64,000 nt of DNA from Thiomicrorhabdus sp. (GTDB lineage Bacteria > Pseudomonadota > Gammaproteobacteria > Thiomicrospirales > Thiomicrospiraceae): the NCBI GenBank assembly GCA_033238645.1, contig BQXR01000010.1, forward strand, positions 6,128-70,127, written 5' to 3'. The notes beneath the pieces were generated by a model. It worked only from the letters and a program-made list of their open reading frames with translations, searched no databases and had not been told where the DNA came from. The translations under genes and the position numbers were made by a program. Positions 20,453-31,182 of this stretch are shown here, piece after piece; the first letter of the stretch is position 1, and every line of letters starts with the position of its first letter.

Positions 20453-23038
20453 CTAACTCTCTTTCGTCTCTTTTTTTACTACCGATTTCTTAACAACAGG
20501 CTTTTTAGTGGGTGCTTTTTCTGCTACTGACTTCTTCGTTGCTGCTTTCTTAGCTGGTGCCTTCTTCTTGACTGCGGCTTTTTTAGCCGGAGTCTTCTTA
20601 GCTACCGTTTTTTTAGCTGCCGCCTTTTTAGTGGATGCTTTCTTTGCAGCAGGCTTCTTAGCCGCAGCTTTTTTAGCCCCCGCTCGCCCACGTTTCTTAG
20701 GCTCAGGCGCCTCATCTAAACGCTTTTGACACTCTTCAAGATTTAGCTCAGAGAACTCTTCATCTTTAGCAATTTTGGCATTTTTCTTAGTGATTAAATC
20801 AGTAATATAAGGCCCCCAGCGGCCTTTTAAGATTTGTACATCTGTACCAGGGAATGTTTTAAGAATCTTATCTGCATCGGCTTGAATCTTAGTTTCAATC
20901 AACGCAATAGAGTCTTCTAGACTAATACTTAATGGATCAAACCCTTTCATCGGACAGTATTTTTTAACGCCGTATTCTAAATAGGGCCCAAAAGGCCCTT
21001 GCTTAGCAATAATGACCTGCCCTTTTTCAACTTCAAAAATAGAACCATCCACCGCTTTTGCTTGATAAGCCTCTGGCATTTCACCCACTTCTCTTGGCAG
21101 CTTAAAGAGCTCTAAAGCATCTTCAAGCTTCAACAGATCCATTTTCTGACCTGGCATCAAACTGGCAAAGGTTGGCTTTTCTTCATTTTCACCATCACCC
21201 GTTTGCACATAAGGCCCAAAACGACCAATTTTAACAAACATCGGTTTGCCACTCTCTGGGTGATTACCCAGCAATCGTGATTGCCCCGCTTCTTCACGTG
21301 AGACCTCTTCAGCCGCTTCAACACGTGGATGAAACTGCTTATAGAACTCATCCAGCATATCCTGCCACTGAAGCTTTCCTTTAGCAATCACATCAAATTT
21401 ACTTTCTACTTTTGCAGTAAATTGATAATCCAATACGTCACCAAAATGTTTGGTTAGAAAATTTGTAACAATACCTGCGATATCTGTTGGAAAGAGCTTG
21501 TTCTTCTCAGTTCCCGCCATCTCCGTCAATGTTTCAGCCGAAACAACACCGTTCTTAAGCGTTATTTGGCGATAGCTACGCTCCTTACCTTCACGGTCCT
21601 CTTTAACAACATAACCACGCTGCTGGACGGTATCGATTGTTGGCGCATAGGTTGAAGGACGACCAATACCCATCTCTTCTAAGGTACGAACCAAACTCGC
21701 TTCGTTATATCGAGCAGGGGGGCGGCTAAAACTCTGGCGAGAACCTAGCTCGCTAACCTGTACTGTTTGGCCAACAGTCATAGGTGGTAAGAGCCCAGAC
21801 TCATCACCTGAACCAAAGTCATATACCTTTAAGAAACCTTCAAAAGTAACTACTTCACCTTTGGCTGTTAACTTGTCACTAGGCAAAGATTCAATGCCAA
21901 CATCGACTGTCGTACGCTTCAATTTTGCATCTGACATCTGCGAGGCGATTGCACGGCGCCAGATCAGCTGATACAGACGCTGCTCATTACGCTCACCTTC
22001 AACTTTATCGGTACCAAATTCGGTTGGGCGGATCGCCTCGTGTGCCTCTTGGGCATCTGCATTTTTTGTTTTATATCGCCTTACTTCACTAAATTCTGCT
22101 CCATACTCACTGACAATCACCTGCTTAGCCTGCTCAATAGCTGTCTCAGACAAATTCAACGAGTCAGTACGCATATAGGTGATCTTTCCAGCTTCATATA
22201 AACGCTGTGCAACCATCATAGTTTGCTTCACCGAGAAGCCTAATTTTGAAGATGCCTCTTGCTGCAATGTTGACGTTGTAAATGGTGCTTTTGGGCTTCT
22301 TTTTGCAGGTTTCTCTTCTAATGAAATGACTGACAAATTTGTATTTGCAACGGCTTCTAAAAAAGCAGTTGCTTGCTCTTCTGACTCAAAAGATGCAGTG
22401 CGTTTAACATCCAGCTTTCCGACCACCTTTTGACTTTCATCCAGCAGCTCTAAAGCACCCTGAACACGGTAAACAAAACCCGCTTCATAAGCATCTACTT
22501 CTCTTTCTCGCTCTACAATTAAACGAACCGCTACAGATTGCACACGTCCTGCTGAAAGACCTGTACGAATTTTTTTCCATAGAACAGGAGAGAGTTCAAA
22601 ACCAACAATTCGATCTAATACTCGGCGAGCTTGCTGAGCATTAACGACGTTCATGTCAACGGTACGTGGCTCAGCAACTGCTTTTTGAATCGCAGGTTTG
22701 GTAATTTCATGAAAAACGATACGTTTTGTTGTTTTGATATCTAACTTAAGCGCTTCGGCAAGATGCCAGGCGATTGCTTCACCCTCGCGATCCTCATCCG
22801 TAGCCAACCATACGGTCTCAGCGGTTTTTGCAACCTTTCTTAATTCTGCAACGGTCTTCTTTTTATCGGGAGAGATTTCATAGGTTGGTTCAAATCGATT
22901 TTCTAAATCAATACCCATACCTTTTTTCTGCATATCACGAATATGTCCATAACTCGATAATACGGTAAAATCTTTACCTAAATACTTTTCAATGGTCTTA
23001 GCTTTTGCTGGAGACTCCACGATTACCAAGTTTGTCAT
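20453..23038 (-). CDS. topA: DNA topoisomerase I with C-terminal repeats and Lys/Ala-rich tail
   Basis: VIVESPAKAKTI, ATDEDREGEAI and ITYMRTDS motifs. No Cys4 zinc ribbons; GRFGPY/GPFGPY/GRWGPY repeats and a KKAAAKK tail. Confidence 0.96.
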   Translation of the reverse strand: MTNLVIVESPAKAKTIEKYLGKDFTVLSSYGHIRDMQKKGMGIDLENRFEPTYEISPDKKKTVAELRKVAKTAETVWLATDEDREGEAIAWHLAEALKLDIKTTKRIVFHEITKPAIQKAVAEPRTVDMNVVNAQQARRVLDRIVGFELSPVLWKKIRTGLSAGRVQSVAVRLIVEREREVDAYEAGFVYRVQGALELLDESQKVVGKLDVKRTASFESEEQATAFLEAVANTNLSVISLEEKPAKRSPKAPFTTSTLQQEASSKLGFSVKQTMMVAQRLYEAGKITYMRTDSLNLSETAIEQAKQVIVSEYGAEFSEVRRYKTKNADAQEAHEAIRPTEFGTDKVEGERNEQRLYQLIWRRAIASQMSDAKLKRTTVDVGIESLPSDKLTAKGEVVTFEGFLKVYDFGSGDESGLLPPMTVGQTVQVSELGSRQSFSRPPARYNEASLVRTLEEMGIGRPSTYAPTIDTVQQRGYVVKEDREGKERSYRQITLKNGVVSAETLTEMAGTEKNKLFPTDIAGIVTNFLTKHFGDVLDYQFTAKVESKFDVIAKGKLQWQDMLDEFYKQFHPRVEAAEEVSREEAGQSRLLGNHPESGKPMFVKIGRFGPYVQTGDGENEEKPTFASLMPGQKMDLLKLEDALELFKLPREVGEMPEAYQAKAVDGSIFEVEKGQVIIAKQGPFGPYLEYGVKKYCPMKGFDPLSISLEDSIALIETKIQADADKILKTFPGTDVQILKGRWGPYITDLITKKNAKIAKDEEFSELNLEECQKRLDEAPEPKKRGRAGAKKAAAKKPAAKKASTKKAAAKKTVAKKTPAKKAAVKKKAPAKKAATKKSVAEKAPTKKPVVKKSVVKKETKES
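21712..21722 (-). repeat. Single reverse-oriented motif copy (in topA)
   Basis: GAGCAGGGGGG on the + strand; falls in the conserved PPARY coding motif, so it may be incidental. Confidence 0.4.
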
Positions 23039-23330
23039 AACGTTTTACTACTCTATTTAATATAAAATTATCGGGACAACTATTTTAGGTACCAGGAAAG
23101 ACGACTGCAGCCTCCCGATTCTTTTTCCCTTTTTTAAGGGTGCAAAACTTTTCAACAATTTGCAAACACTTAATTCACTTTTGATTCAAAATTAACCTTT
23201 CCATCCCCAAAAACCGTATTACTACCCTAGTAACTATAGCTTATACCTACATAGAGGCAAAAGTTTTATATTACAATGACTTCATGCCATAATATCAATT
23301 CTAAAAGCCCTACTAAACCAAGGTTATGCC

Positions 23331-24257
23331 GTGTCTAATCCGACTCCAATAGCGCCAGAAAAACAGCTTGCCCCATCCCTGCTCATTATTGGATCAGATC
23401 AAGCTACCAAAGATTTTTTAGATACAGCTCTTACGCCAGAAAAATTTCAGTTAACCTTCGTTGATAACGCTAATCAAGCCAAGCAACTTATTTTTCAAGA
23501 CCATCCATCCTTTTATAGTGCCTATCTTTTTGATAATGATAATGAGCATGGCAACAATTTGGCATTGCTTAAAGCCCTCAAAACCAATACTGAGTACTCT
23601 GTTGTACCCGCTATTTTTCAGACAGATACTAAGCACCCAAAGCATATTGAGAAAGGGTTGGAAAACGGTGCTTACTTTTACTTATTAAAACCTTATACCA
23701 AATCACTACTACTCTCAGTCTTATACGCAGCAATTAACAGCTTCACAAATCATCGAGAACTCAATAAAGATGTTTCAAATATTTCTAATGCGCAATCAAG
23801 CCTACAAACCGCCTGTTTTCATATCAAGACCTTAGAAGATGCGCGAAGCCTCTCTTGCGTGCTTGCATTTACCACGCCAAAACCCAAAGAGACTGTTGTC
23901 GGCCTGTTTGAACTGATGATGAACGCTATTGAACATGGTAATTTAAAGATCAGCTACCAAGAGAAGTCCCAATTAATTCAGAAAAACCAACTCAACCAAG
24001 AGATCTCTAGGCGACAAGCTTTGTCAGAAAATAGAGATAAAATCGTCAAAGTGGACTTTGAAAGAAAGCAGAGTGAGTTTCAAATCACCATCAGTGATTC
24101 TGGTGAGGGCTTCGACTACCTACCATTTTTAGACTTTTCACTAGAACGTGCCATGGATAACCACGGACGAGGCATTATGATTGCTAACAAACTTAGCTTT
24201 GATGATTTACAGTATCAAAAGAATGGCACTACCGTTATTGGTCGAATCTTTATCTAG
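23331..24257 (+). CDS. Receiver domain + HATPase_c (anti-sigma/serine kinase-like) protein
   Basis: GTG start, REC-like N-terminus (GAYFYLLKPY), and ELMMNAIEHGN, SDSGEGF and GRGI boxes without a HisKA domain. Confidence 0.75.
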   Translation: MSNPTPIAPEKQLAPSLLIIGSDQATKDFLDTALTPEKFQLTFVDNANQAKQLIFQDHPSFYSAYLFDNDNEHGNNLALLKALKTNTEYSVVPAIFQTDTKHPKHIEKGLENGAYFYLLKPYTKSLLLSVLYAAINSFTNHRELNKDVSNISNAQSSLQTACFHIKTLEDARSLSCVLAFTTPKPKETVVGLFELMMNAIEHGNLKISYQEKSQLIQKNQLNQEISRRQALSENRDKIVKVDFERKQSEFQITISDSGEGFDYLPFLDFSLERAMDNHGRGIMIANKLSFDDLQYQKNGTTVIGRIFI

Positions 24258-25375
24258 TTAATTCGTCGCCAACGACCTGCCGATAAAGACTCTACAATAC
24301 CCTCCAATTCCAGCAGCATCAACTGGCTTTGAATATCATAGACAGGGCATTTGCTCAATACAACCAGTTCATCCAGACCAATTGCGTCATAACCAATATG
24401 TTTCAAAACAGGTGTTTTTACCAAGAATTCGTTTTGTTTTTTTGAACTCCTATCTAAAGAGAATGGGGCTGGTATTTGCGGTATTAAAGAGAGCTGAATC
24501 ATCGCAGAGAGCTCTTCAAAAATATCTTGCCCTGATTCAACCAATTTTGCTCCTTGCTTAATCAGCTGATGACAGCCTTTTGCCTGTGGGTTATTAATCG
24601 ATCCTGGTACTGCAAAAACCTCTCTACCTTGATTAATTGCCGTCCTCGCCGTAATTAAAGAGCCACTCTTCAGTGCTGCTTCAACCACTAAAGTCCCGAC
24701 ACTCAAGCCACTAATAATTCTATTTCGTCTCGGAAAATATCTCGCTAAGGGTTGAGTGCCCAAAGGAAACTCCGAAACCATCACGCCCTCTTCGGCAATC
24801 TGCCTGCCTAGCTTCTGATTAGAAGCAGGATAGATTCGATCCAAGCCCGTTGCGACAACAGCCACGGTTTTACCTATGCCTTGTAAAGCGCCTTCATGCG
24901 CAGCAGCATCAATCCCTAATGCCAAACCACTGGTAATGGTTAAACCCTGCTTGGAGAGATGCTGCGCAAAGTCTTTGGCTATATTAATCCCCTGCTTGGA
25001 AGCATGCCGACTGCCAACAATTGCCAGCTGAGGATCACTCAATAAATCAACACACCCCCTAACAGAGAGTAAAATGGGGGCATCATCAATGGCAGCTAAA
25101 AGATCAGGGTAACCACCCTCTTTAAAAGCCACAAAGCTCTGTCCCTCTTGCGCACCCCACTCCTGTGCCTGCTCAACTAGTTTGGGCAACTCCTCCCCCA
25201 GAATCATCGAACGCTGATAGTCATTGAGCACACCTAAAGCCCGCCAGTCTGACTCTTTAGCCTGCAAAGCCACTTTAAAACTGCCAAAATGAGCCAGAAT
25301 CTGCTCTGCCTGCTTCATAGAAACATGACTAATGTGAAAGGCTAACAGACTCGGTAAATCGGAAAAACTTGACAT
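24254..25375 (-). CDS. dprA: DNA-processing protein DprA
   Basis: AIVGSR, SGLALGIDAAAH and FPRRNRIISGLS motifs. Confidence 0.95.
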   Translation of the reverse strand: MSSFSDLPSLLAFHISHVSMKQAEQILAHFGSFKVALQAKESDWRALGVLNDYQRSMILGEELPKLVEQAQEWGAQEGQSFVAFKEGGYPDLLAAIDDAPILLSVRGCVDLLSDPQLAIVGSRHASKQGINIAKDFAQHLSKQGLTITSGLALGIDAAAHEGALQGIGKTVAVVATGLDRIYPASNQKLGRQIAEEGVMVSEFPLGTQPLARYFPRRNRIISGLSVGTLVVEAALKSGSLITARTAINQGREVFAVPGSINNPQAKGCHQLIKQGAKLVESGQDIFEELSAMIQLSLIPQIPAPFSLDRSSKKQNEFLVKTPVLKHIGYDAIGLDELVVLSKCPVYDIQSQLMLLELEGIVESLSAGRWRRIN

Positions 25376-25434
25376 AGTTCGCTATAATATAAGGATTGAT
25401 TAAATAAAGTATAACTGAAGCATAAAACGACACT

Positions 25435-25941
25435 ATGGAAAAACTCGATATTGTTCTCTATCCTGAAGCGGGCTTAAGAGAAATTTGTACCCCCATCCCA
25501 GAAATGAATGATGACTTAGATAAACTCATTGATGATATGTTGTACACCATGTATGACGCTCCAGGAATTGGTCTTGCAGCACCGCAAATTGCCGTACAAC
25601 AACGTCTTATTGTCGTTGATGTCTCTGAAAGCAATGACCAACCCATCACTCTCATGAACCCTGAAGTTATACAAAGTGCAGGAGAAATAAAGTGGGAAGA
25701 GGGCTGCCTCTCCCTTCCTGGCATCTTCGCTAATATCACTCGCCCAAGCGACATTATCGTTCGCGGAATGAATCGTGATGGCAAAATGGTTGAGCTTGAA
25801 GCAGATGGTTTACTTGCCGTCTGCATTCAACATGAAATTGATCACCTAAATGGCAAGATGTTTATTGATCACCTTTCAGGTATTAAACGCACACGTGCTC
25901 TGCAGCAATTTCGTAAACTGATGGATCAAAAAGAGCCTTAA
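25435..25941 (+). CDS. def: Peptide deformylase
   Basis: GLAAPQ, EGCLS and HEIDH motifs. Confidence 0.97.
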   Translation: MEKLDIVLYPEAGLREICTPIPEMNDDLDKLIDDMLYTMYDAPGIGLAAPQIAVQQRLIVVDVSESNDQPITLMNPEVIQSAGEIKWEEGCLSLPGIFANITRPSDIIVRGMNRDGKMVELEADGLLAVCIQHEIDHLNGKMFIDHLSGIKRTRALQQFRKLMDQKEP

Positions 25942-25948
25942 GCTAACC

Positions 25949-26908
25949 ATGCCAAACCAAACATCACCATTAAAAATTATTTTTGCTGGCACGCCAGTCT
26001 TCTCCGTTGCCCCACTACAAGCACTTTTAGATTCAGAACATGAAGTCATTGCCGTTTACACTCAGCCTGACCGCCCAGCAGGACGAGGCCGTAAACTCAC
26101 AGCTAGCCCTGTTAAAGAGCTGGCTCTACAGCATGATATTCCCGTCTATCAGCCCGAAACACTCAAAGATGAAACCGCACAAAGAGACCTATCAGCTCTC
26201 AATGCAGATGTGATGGTTGTAGTGGCTTATGGCCTGCTACTGCCTAAAGAAGTTTTAGACGCGCCTAAGCAAGGTTGTTTAAATATTCACGCTTCACTGC
26301 TGCCAAGATGGCGTGGTGCAGCCCCTTTGCAGAGAGCCATTGAATCTGGCGATGCCCAAAGTGGGGTGACCATTATGCAGATGGATATTGGTTTGGATAC
26401 AGGCGATATGCTGCATAAGGTTACGACTGAGATTACTGCTGACGATAATACTGCCAGCCTACATGACCGCTTAAGTACTTTAGGCTCAACCGCTTTAATG
26501 AACACGCTCAGCTCTCTACAGGCAGGAACACTAGCACCTGAAAAACAAGATGAGAGTTTAGTCACTTATGCTAAAAAACTGACTAAAGCAGAAGCGGAAA
26601 TTGATTGGACAGAGCCTGCAGAAACTATTGTGCGTAAGATTCAAGCTTTTAACCCTTGGCCTATTGCCTATACCCTCTTTCAAGATAAACCACTTCGTAT
26701 AGGTCAAGCAAGCTTGCTAATACCTGAAGATCCCCCCCCTGCTCAAAATCCTGCGGGATTGGTAATCGATATTACTAAAGACGGCATGGTGGTCACTACG
26801 GGCACTCAACCCATTCTGATACAGCAAGCACAGCCTTCTGGTAAAAAAATGATGTCAGCTTATGACTTTGCTCAATCAAGACAACTGCAAGGCGTTAGCT
26901 TCCTATGA
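25949..26908 (+). CDS. fmt: Methionyl-tRNA formyltransferase
   Basis: FAGTP, QPDRPAGRG and NIHASLLPRWRGAAP motifs. Confidence 0.97.
   Translation: MPNQTSPLKIIFAGTPVFSVAPLQALLDSEHEVIAVYTQPDRPAGRGRKLTASPVKELALQHDIPVYQPETLKDETAQRDLSALNADVMVVVAYGLLLPKEVLDAPKQGCLNIHASLLPRWRGAAPLQRAIESGDAQSGVTIMQMDIGLDTGDMLHKVTTEITADDNTASLHDRLSTLGSTALMNTLSSLQAGTLAPEKQDESLVTYAKKLTKAEAEIDWTEPAETIVRKIQAFNPWPIAYTLFQDKPLRIGQASLLIPEDPPPAQNPAGLVIDITKDGMVVTTGTQPILIQQAQPSGKKMMSAYDFAQSRQLQGVSFL
26732..26749 (+). repeat. Polar motif copy (in fmt)
   Basis: C8-TGCTCAAAAT, encoding PPPAQN. Confidence 0.8.
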
Positions 26909-28236
26909 GTCAATCTACCGATAATAACTCAGGCCTAAACACGCGTTTTATCGCACTTAAGATCTGTTTAACTGTGATCGAAAGTGGCCGCTCTTTAAGC
27001 CAAGCGTTACCTGAAGGCTTGGCACAATTTTCAGATCGCCGTGAACGCAACTTCACACAAAATATGGTACTCGGCACACTACGCTGGCAGGTTCGCCTAG
27101 AGGCCATTCGTGGTCATCTAGTTAAGAAAAAACTCAAAGCAAAAGATGAAGATATTAATCAGCTGATCTTATTGGGTTTGTATCAAATTTTGTATATGGA
27201 TACGCCAGAACATGCAGCCGTATCAGAGACCGTTGCCGTCATTCCTCGACTTAAAAAGCCTTGGGCTAAAGGTTTTATTAATGGTGTTTTACGTAACTTC
27301 TTACGCGATAAAGATAAAATTTGTGCCGAGGTAGATCTAAAGCCCGCCTATCGCTATGCCCACCCGCAATGGATGGTCAGAGAGTTACGCAAAGCCTACC
27401 CAGAGGACTGGGAAGCGGTACTGGCGGCCAATAATGAGATCGCACCACTGACACTACGCGTCAACACCATTCAACAAACGCGTGATACTTTTCTAGAGAA
27501 ACTAGCAACCGCTGAAATCAATGCAGAGAGTCACCCAACCGCACCACAAGGTGTTCTGCTAAAACAGAGTGTCGATATCTCAAGCCTACCTACTTATGAA
27601 GAGGGGGGGTTTAGTGTTCAAGATCCTGCGGCTCAGCAGGCAGCAAATATACTACTACCAAAGCCAGGCGAGCGTATTTTAGATGCCTGTGCAGCACCAG
27701 GGGGCAAAACCACTCATCTTTTAGAACTTTCCAATAATGAAGCCCGCGTGTTTGCTATTGAGAAAGAACCAGAGCGCCTAGAACGTCTAGCAGAAAACCT
27801 CTATCGCCTAGAACTTGAGGCGGAATACCAAGTGGGAGATGCCTCTCTACCTGACACTTGGTGGGATGGAGAGCAATTTGATAAAATCCTACTAGATGCC
27901 CCCTGCTCGGCAACGGGGATTATCCGCCGTCACCCCGATATTAAATGGCATAGAACTGAAGAGGATATTGAGGAGTTGGTTATTATCCAAGCGGCTATTT
28001 TAAAAGCCTTATGGCCTTTATTAAAATCCGGTGGAAAACTACTTTATGCAACCTGCTCTATCCTACCTCATGAGAATACTCGACAGATACAGGCATTTTT
28101 AGCAGAAGAGCCAAGTGCAAAAGAGATTGCCATCCATGCCAATTGGGGGCAAGCATCCGACACCCCTGGCAGACAGATATTTCCAGGCACAAATGGTATG
28201 GATGGTTTCTTCTACTGTTTATTAGAGAAAATCTAA
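26905..28236 (+). CDS. rsmB: 16S rRNA m5C967 methyltransferase RsmB
   Basis: NusB-like N-terminal domain plus DACAAPGGKT, DAPCSATG and YATCS motifs. Confidence 0.95.
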   Translation: MSQSTDNNSGLNTRFIALKICLTVIESGRSLSQALPEGLAQFSDRRERNFTQNMVLGTLRWQVRLEAIRGHLVKKKLKAKDEDINQLILLGLYQILYMDTPEHAAVSETVAVIPRLKKPWAKGFINGVLRNFLRDKDKICAEVDLKPAYRYAHPQWMVRELRKAYPEDWEAVLAANNEIAPLTLRVNTIQQTRDTFLEKLATAEINAESHPTAPQGVLLKQSVDISSLPTYEEGGFSVQDPAAQQAANILLPKPGERILDACAAPGGKTTHLLELSNNEARVFAIEKEPERLERLAENLYRLELEAEYQVGDASLPDTWWDGEQFDKILLDAPCSATGIIRRHPDIKWHRTEEDIEELVIIQAAILKALWPLLKSGGKLLYATCSILPHENTRQIQAFLAEEPSAKEIAIHANWGQASDTPGRQIFPGTNGMDGFFYCLLEKI

Positions 28237-28239
28237 TCC

Positions 28240-28899
28240 ATGAAAGCCAGCTCGCGAACAAGAAGGATTCATTATCCCACCAAGACTTCGCCTGATAACT
28301 GGCTAGCAATGCTTAGCTATATGGCCATTTTTATCGCTCTACCCATCTGTAGCGCGCCTGCTAAAGCAGAAGTAAAAATAGAGCCACAAAGCATTACCAT
28401 CCAAAACCTCTACAGCCTTCAACAAGAAAAGTACCTCGTATTAGACAGTAATATCAGCTTCAATTTACCAGAGAGTGTTGTTTCTGCTATTGAGCATGAA
28501 ATCCAAATTAGCTTTAAAACTGAGATCAAACTCACAGAGAAAATCTCAATATTAGGCCTCTCTTTTACCCGTGTCAGAAAGACCGTTGAATACCATACAA
28601 AGATCACGACGCAAGGCGTTAATCAACACTTTGTGCTCTACAATACACGTAACCTAAAGCGTCAGACCTTCCCGACACTCGTATCCGCTCTGCAAACATT
28701 AGGCACGCTTAGAGCTTTCCCTTTCATTGAACTCTCGGAGCTTCATCCAGAGCAGCGCTATCATATTAAAATGCAAGTATCCCTAGATCACTGGCAACTC
28801 CCTGCCCCCTTAGTGATAGACTCACTATTTGATGACAATTGGCAACTCAATAGTGGCTGGTTTGGTATTGATTTAGAAACCCCTAAAAGTTGGATGTAG
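28240..28899 (+). CDS. DUF4390 domain protein
   Basis: Conserved position between rsmB and the ntrY-like kinase; LPAPL...W motif near the C-terminus. Confidence 0.7.
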   Translation: MKASSRTRRIHYPTKTSPDNWLAMLSYMAIFIALPICSAPAKAEVKIEPQSITIQNLYSLQQEKYLVLDSNISFNLPESVVSAIEHEIQISFKTEIKLTEKISILGLSFTRVRKTVEYHTKITTQGVNQHFVLYNTRNLKRQTFPTLVSALQTLGTLRAFPFIELSELHPEQRYHIKMQVSLDHWQLPAPLVIDSLFDDNWQLNSGWFGIDLETPKSWM

Positions 28900-28955
28900 A
28901 TCATGGCACAATCAATGACTCAATCTCTATCACCTGCTAAAAGTGGCCGCCTTTT

Positions 28956-31133
28956 ATGAGTACAGGATTTTGGAAAGTTTTTAGACAATATGGCTGGATA
29001 ACCCTTATATCAGGCGTACTATTAATTGCGCTGATTATTATGAGTCAGATTTTGCAAAAAGCCTCAAGTTTCGCTGACTCCTACTCTGCTCTACTCTTCT
29101 TCACCTTTGCAGGGGTCGTGCTACTTTTTATAATCCTCCTCAAAACTATTTGGACATTAAGAGAGCAATACAAAAAGGGCACGCCGGGAATTAAAATCAC
29201 CATTCGTTTAACAACCGTTTCAACGCTGATGATCGGTATTCCTACGGCCATTATCTTCTACTTTTCTTTGACCTTTATTCAACAAGGGATTAACCAATGG
29301 TTTGATATTAAAACTGAAACAGCACTGAAAGATGCCTCTGATTTAGTCCGAATGACGCTGGATAATAAAACACGTGATCGACTGAACTTGACCCTTGCGA
29401 CCGTTAACGAGAAAGGTATATTGCTGGCCACCTCACCCGTAATGGAGGTCAGCCGTTTAAGAAGCTTATTAAATGCACAAGAGGTTTCACTCTATCACTC
29501 AAACCAACAGCTCATTGCTTTTAGTAGTTCAGATATTGGTGCCATTGTTCCTGAGCCCCCAGGCGATAATCTCTTCCAACAAATTCGTCAGAAAAAAACC
29601 TATGCCGCGGTTGAAACACGCCCTGGAGTAACATCACCAGATCAGATCATTCGCATTGTCATCCCCTTTTCAGATTTTGACTTAGCCAGTAATTATGCAC
29701 TACAGGTCATTTTTAGTATCCCAAGCAATATGACGCAACTAGCAGAATCGGTGGCTGCGGCCTCTGGTCAATATAAAGAACTCTCCTATCTAAAAGGCCC
29801 TTTAACAGCCAGCTTTATCATGATTCTATCAACTGCATTGCTACTCACGCTCGTCACCGCTGTGCTTTTTACTATTAAAGCAGTACAAAACTTTACCAAA
29901 CCGATCAGAACCTTAGCACGGGGAACTCGCGCCGTCTCTAAAGGGGATTACAGCGTTAAAATGCCTGTTAATAAGAGCGATGAATTTGGGGATTTAACCC
30001 AGTCTTTCAACGATATGATTCAACGAATCTCACAAGCACGTAATGAGATCAAGCTCGGAAATCAACAAACAGAAGTGCAGAAGCTTTATCTGCAAGCGAT
30101 TATCAAAAACCTCAACAGTGGTGTTTTAACACTCGATATGAATCAGCGTATTAGAACCACCAATGATGCCGCTAAAAATATCCTCAATACTGATCTCGTA
30201 CCTCATACGGGCAGATACATTAAAGAGGTCATTAAAAATGCCAACTGCCCAAGTCATCTTGCAGAAATATTCAACCTTATTCTCTCTGAGCTTGAGAAAG
30301 GTGCAAAACCATGGAACTTGCAACACAAATTTTCTGATCAATTTGGTCAAAAAATCTTAATGATTCATGGCTCTACACTACCCAGTTTAGATAAAAAAAT
30401 CGGTGGATATGTCATCGTCATCGATGATATTACCGAGTTAGTTCAAGCGCAGCTGAATGCGGCTTGGAGTGATGTGGCTCGCCGTTTAGCCCACGAAATC
30501 AAAAACCCATTAATGCCTATTCAGCTCTCCGCAGAGCGTTTAAACTTTAAATTACATGACAAACTTGCTGATCAAGATCAGCAGCTACTCAACCGTATGA
30601 CGCAGACAATTATTGAACAAGTGTCAACGATGCAAACATTGGTACAAGCCTTCTCTGACTATGCAAATACGCCTAAAGTGCTATTAGCAGAAACGGATAT
30701 TAACCCATTAATCAGCCGTATTACGGAGATGTATAATGATCCTAATGCACGCTGGACACTGACTAATGAACTCACAGATAACAACCCAATAGTATTGGCG
30801 GATGCAGCTCGTCTACGCCAACTATTTCACAACCTAATTAAGAATGCCATTGAGGCAACTGAGAATACAATACTCCCGCAAATTAAGATCACTACCCTCT
30901 GCCAAGAGCAAGACCGTTTAACCATTCAAATTTGTGACAATGGGCCTGGGATCGCGGATGAGGCACAAAACTGGATTTTTGAGCCTTATGCCACAGACAA
31001 ACCAAAAGGTTCTGGATTAGGACTGGCGATTGTTCGTAAAATTGTTGAAGAACATAACGGACAAATTTCGTTGAATTCTGCCCCTAATTTAGGAACCTGT
31101 TTTATAATCCATTTACCAATGATAATTAACTAA
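28956..31133 (+). CDS. NtrY-like HAMP/PAS sensor histidine kinase
   Basis: AWSDVARRLAHEIKNPL H-box, DNGPG and KPKGSGLGL motifs. Confidence 0.9.
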   Translation: MSTGFWKVFRQYGWITLISGVLLIALIIMSQILQKASSFADSYSALLFFTFAGVVLLFIILLKTIWTLREQYKKGTPGIKITIRLTTVSTLMIGIPTAIIFYFSLTFIQQGINQWFDIKTETALKDASDLVRMTLDNKTRDRLNLTLATVNEKGILLATSPVMEVSRLRSLLNAQEVSLYHSNQQLIAFSSSDIGAIVPEPPGDNLFQQIRQKKTYAAVETRPGVTSPDQIIRIVIPFSDFDLASNYALQVIFSIPSNMTQLAESVAAASGQYKELSYLKGPLTASFIMILSTALLLTLVTAVLFTIKAVQNFTKPIRTLARGTRAVSKGDYSVKMPVNKSDEFGDLTQSFNDMIQRISQARNEIKLGNQQTEVQKLYLQAIIKNLNSGVLTLDMNQRIRTTNDAAKNILNTDLVPHTGRYIKEVIKNANCPSHLAEIFNLILSELEKGAKPWNLQHKFSDQFGQKILMIHGSTLPSLDKKIGGYVIVIDDITELVQAQLNAAWSDVARRLAHEIKNPLMPIQLSAERLNFKLHDKLADQDQQLLNRMTQTIIEQVSTMQTLVQAFSDYANTPKVLLAETDINPLISRITEMYNDPNARWTLTNELTDNNPIVLADAARLRQLFHNLIKNAIEATENTILPQIKITTLCQEQDRLTIQICDNGPGIADEAQNWIFEPYATDKPKGSGLGLAIVRKIVEEHNGQISLNSAPNLGTCFIIHLPMIIN

Positions 31134-31182
31134 CTGTTTTACAATAATCTTAACGAACACCTGTCGATACCAAGGCGCTTTA

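Noticed and set aside
20508-20729. Ala/Phe-rich 73-aa ORF on the + strand
   Set aside because: It is the antisense shadow of the Lys/Ala repeat tail of topA.
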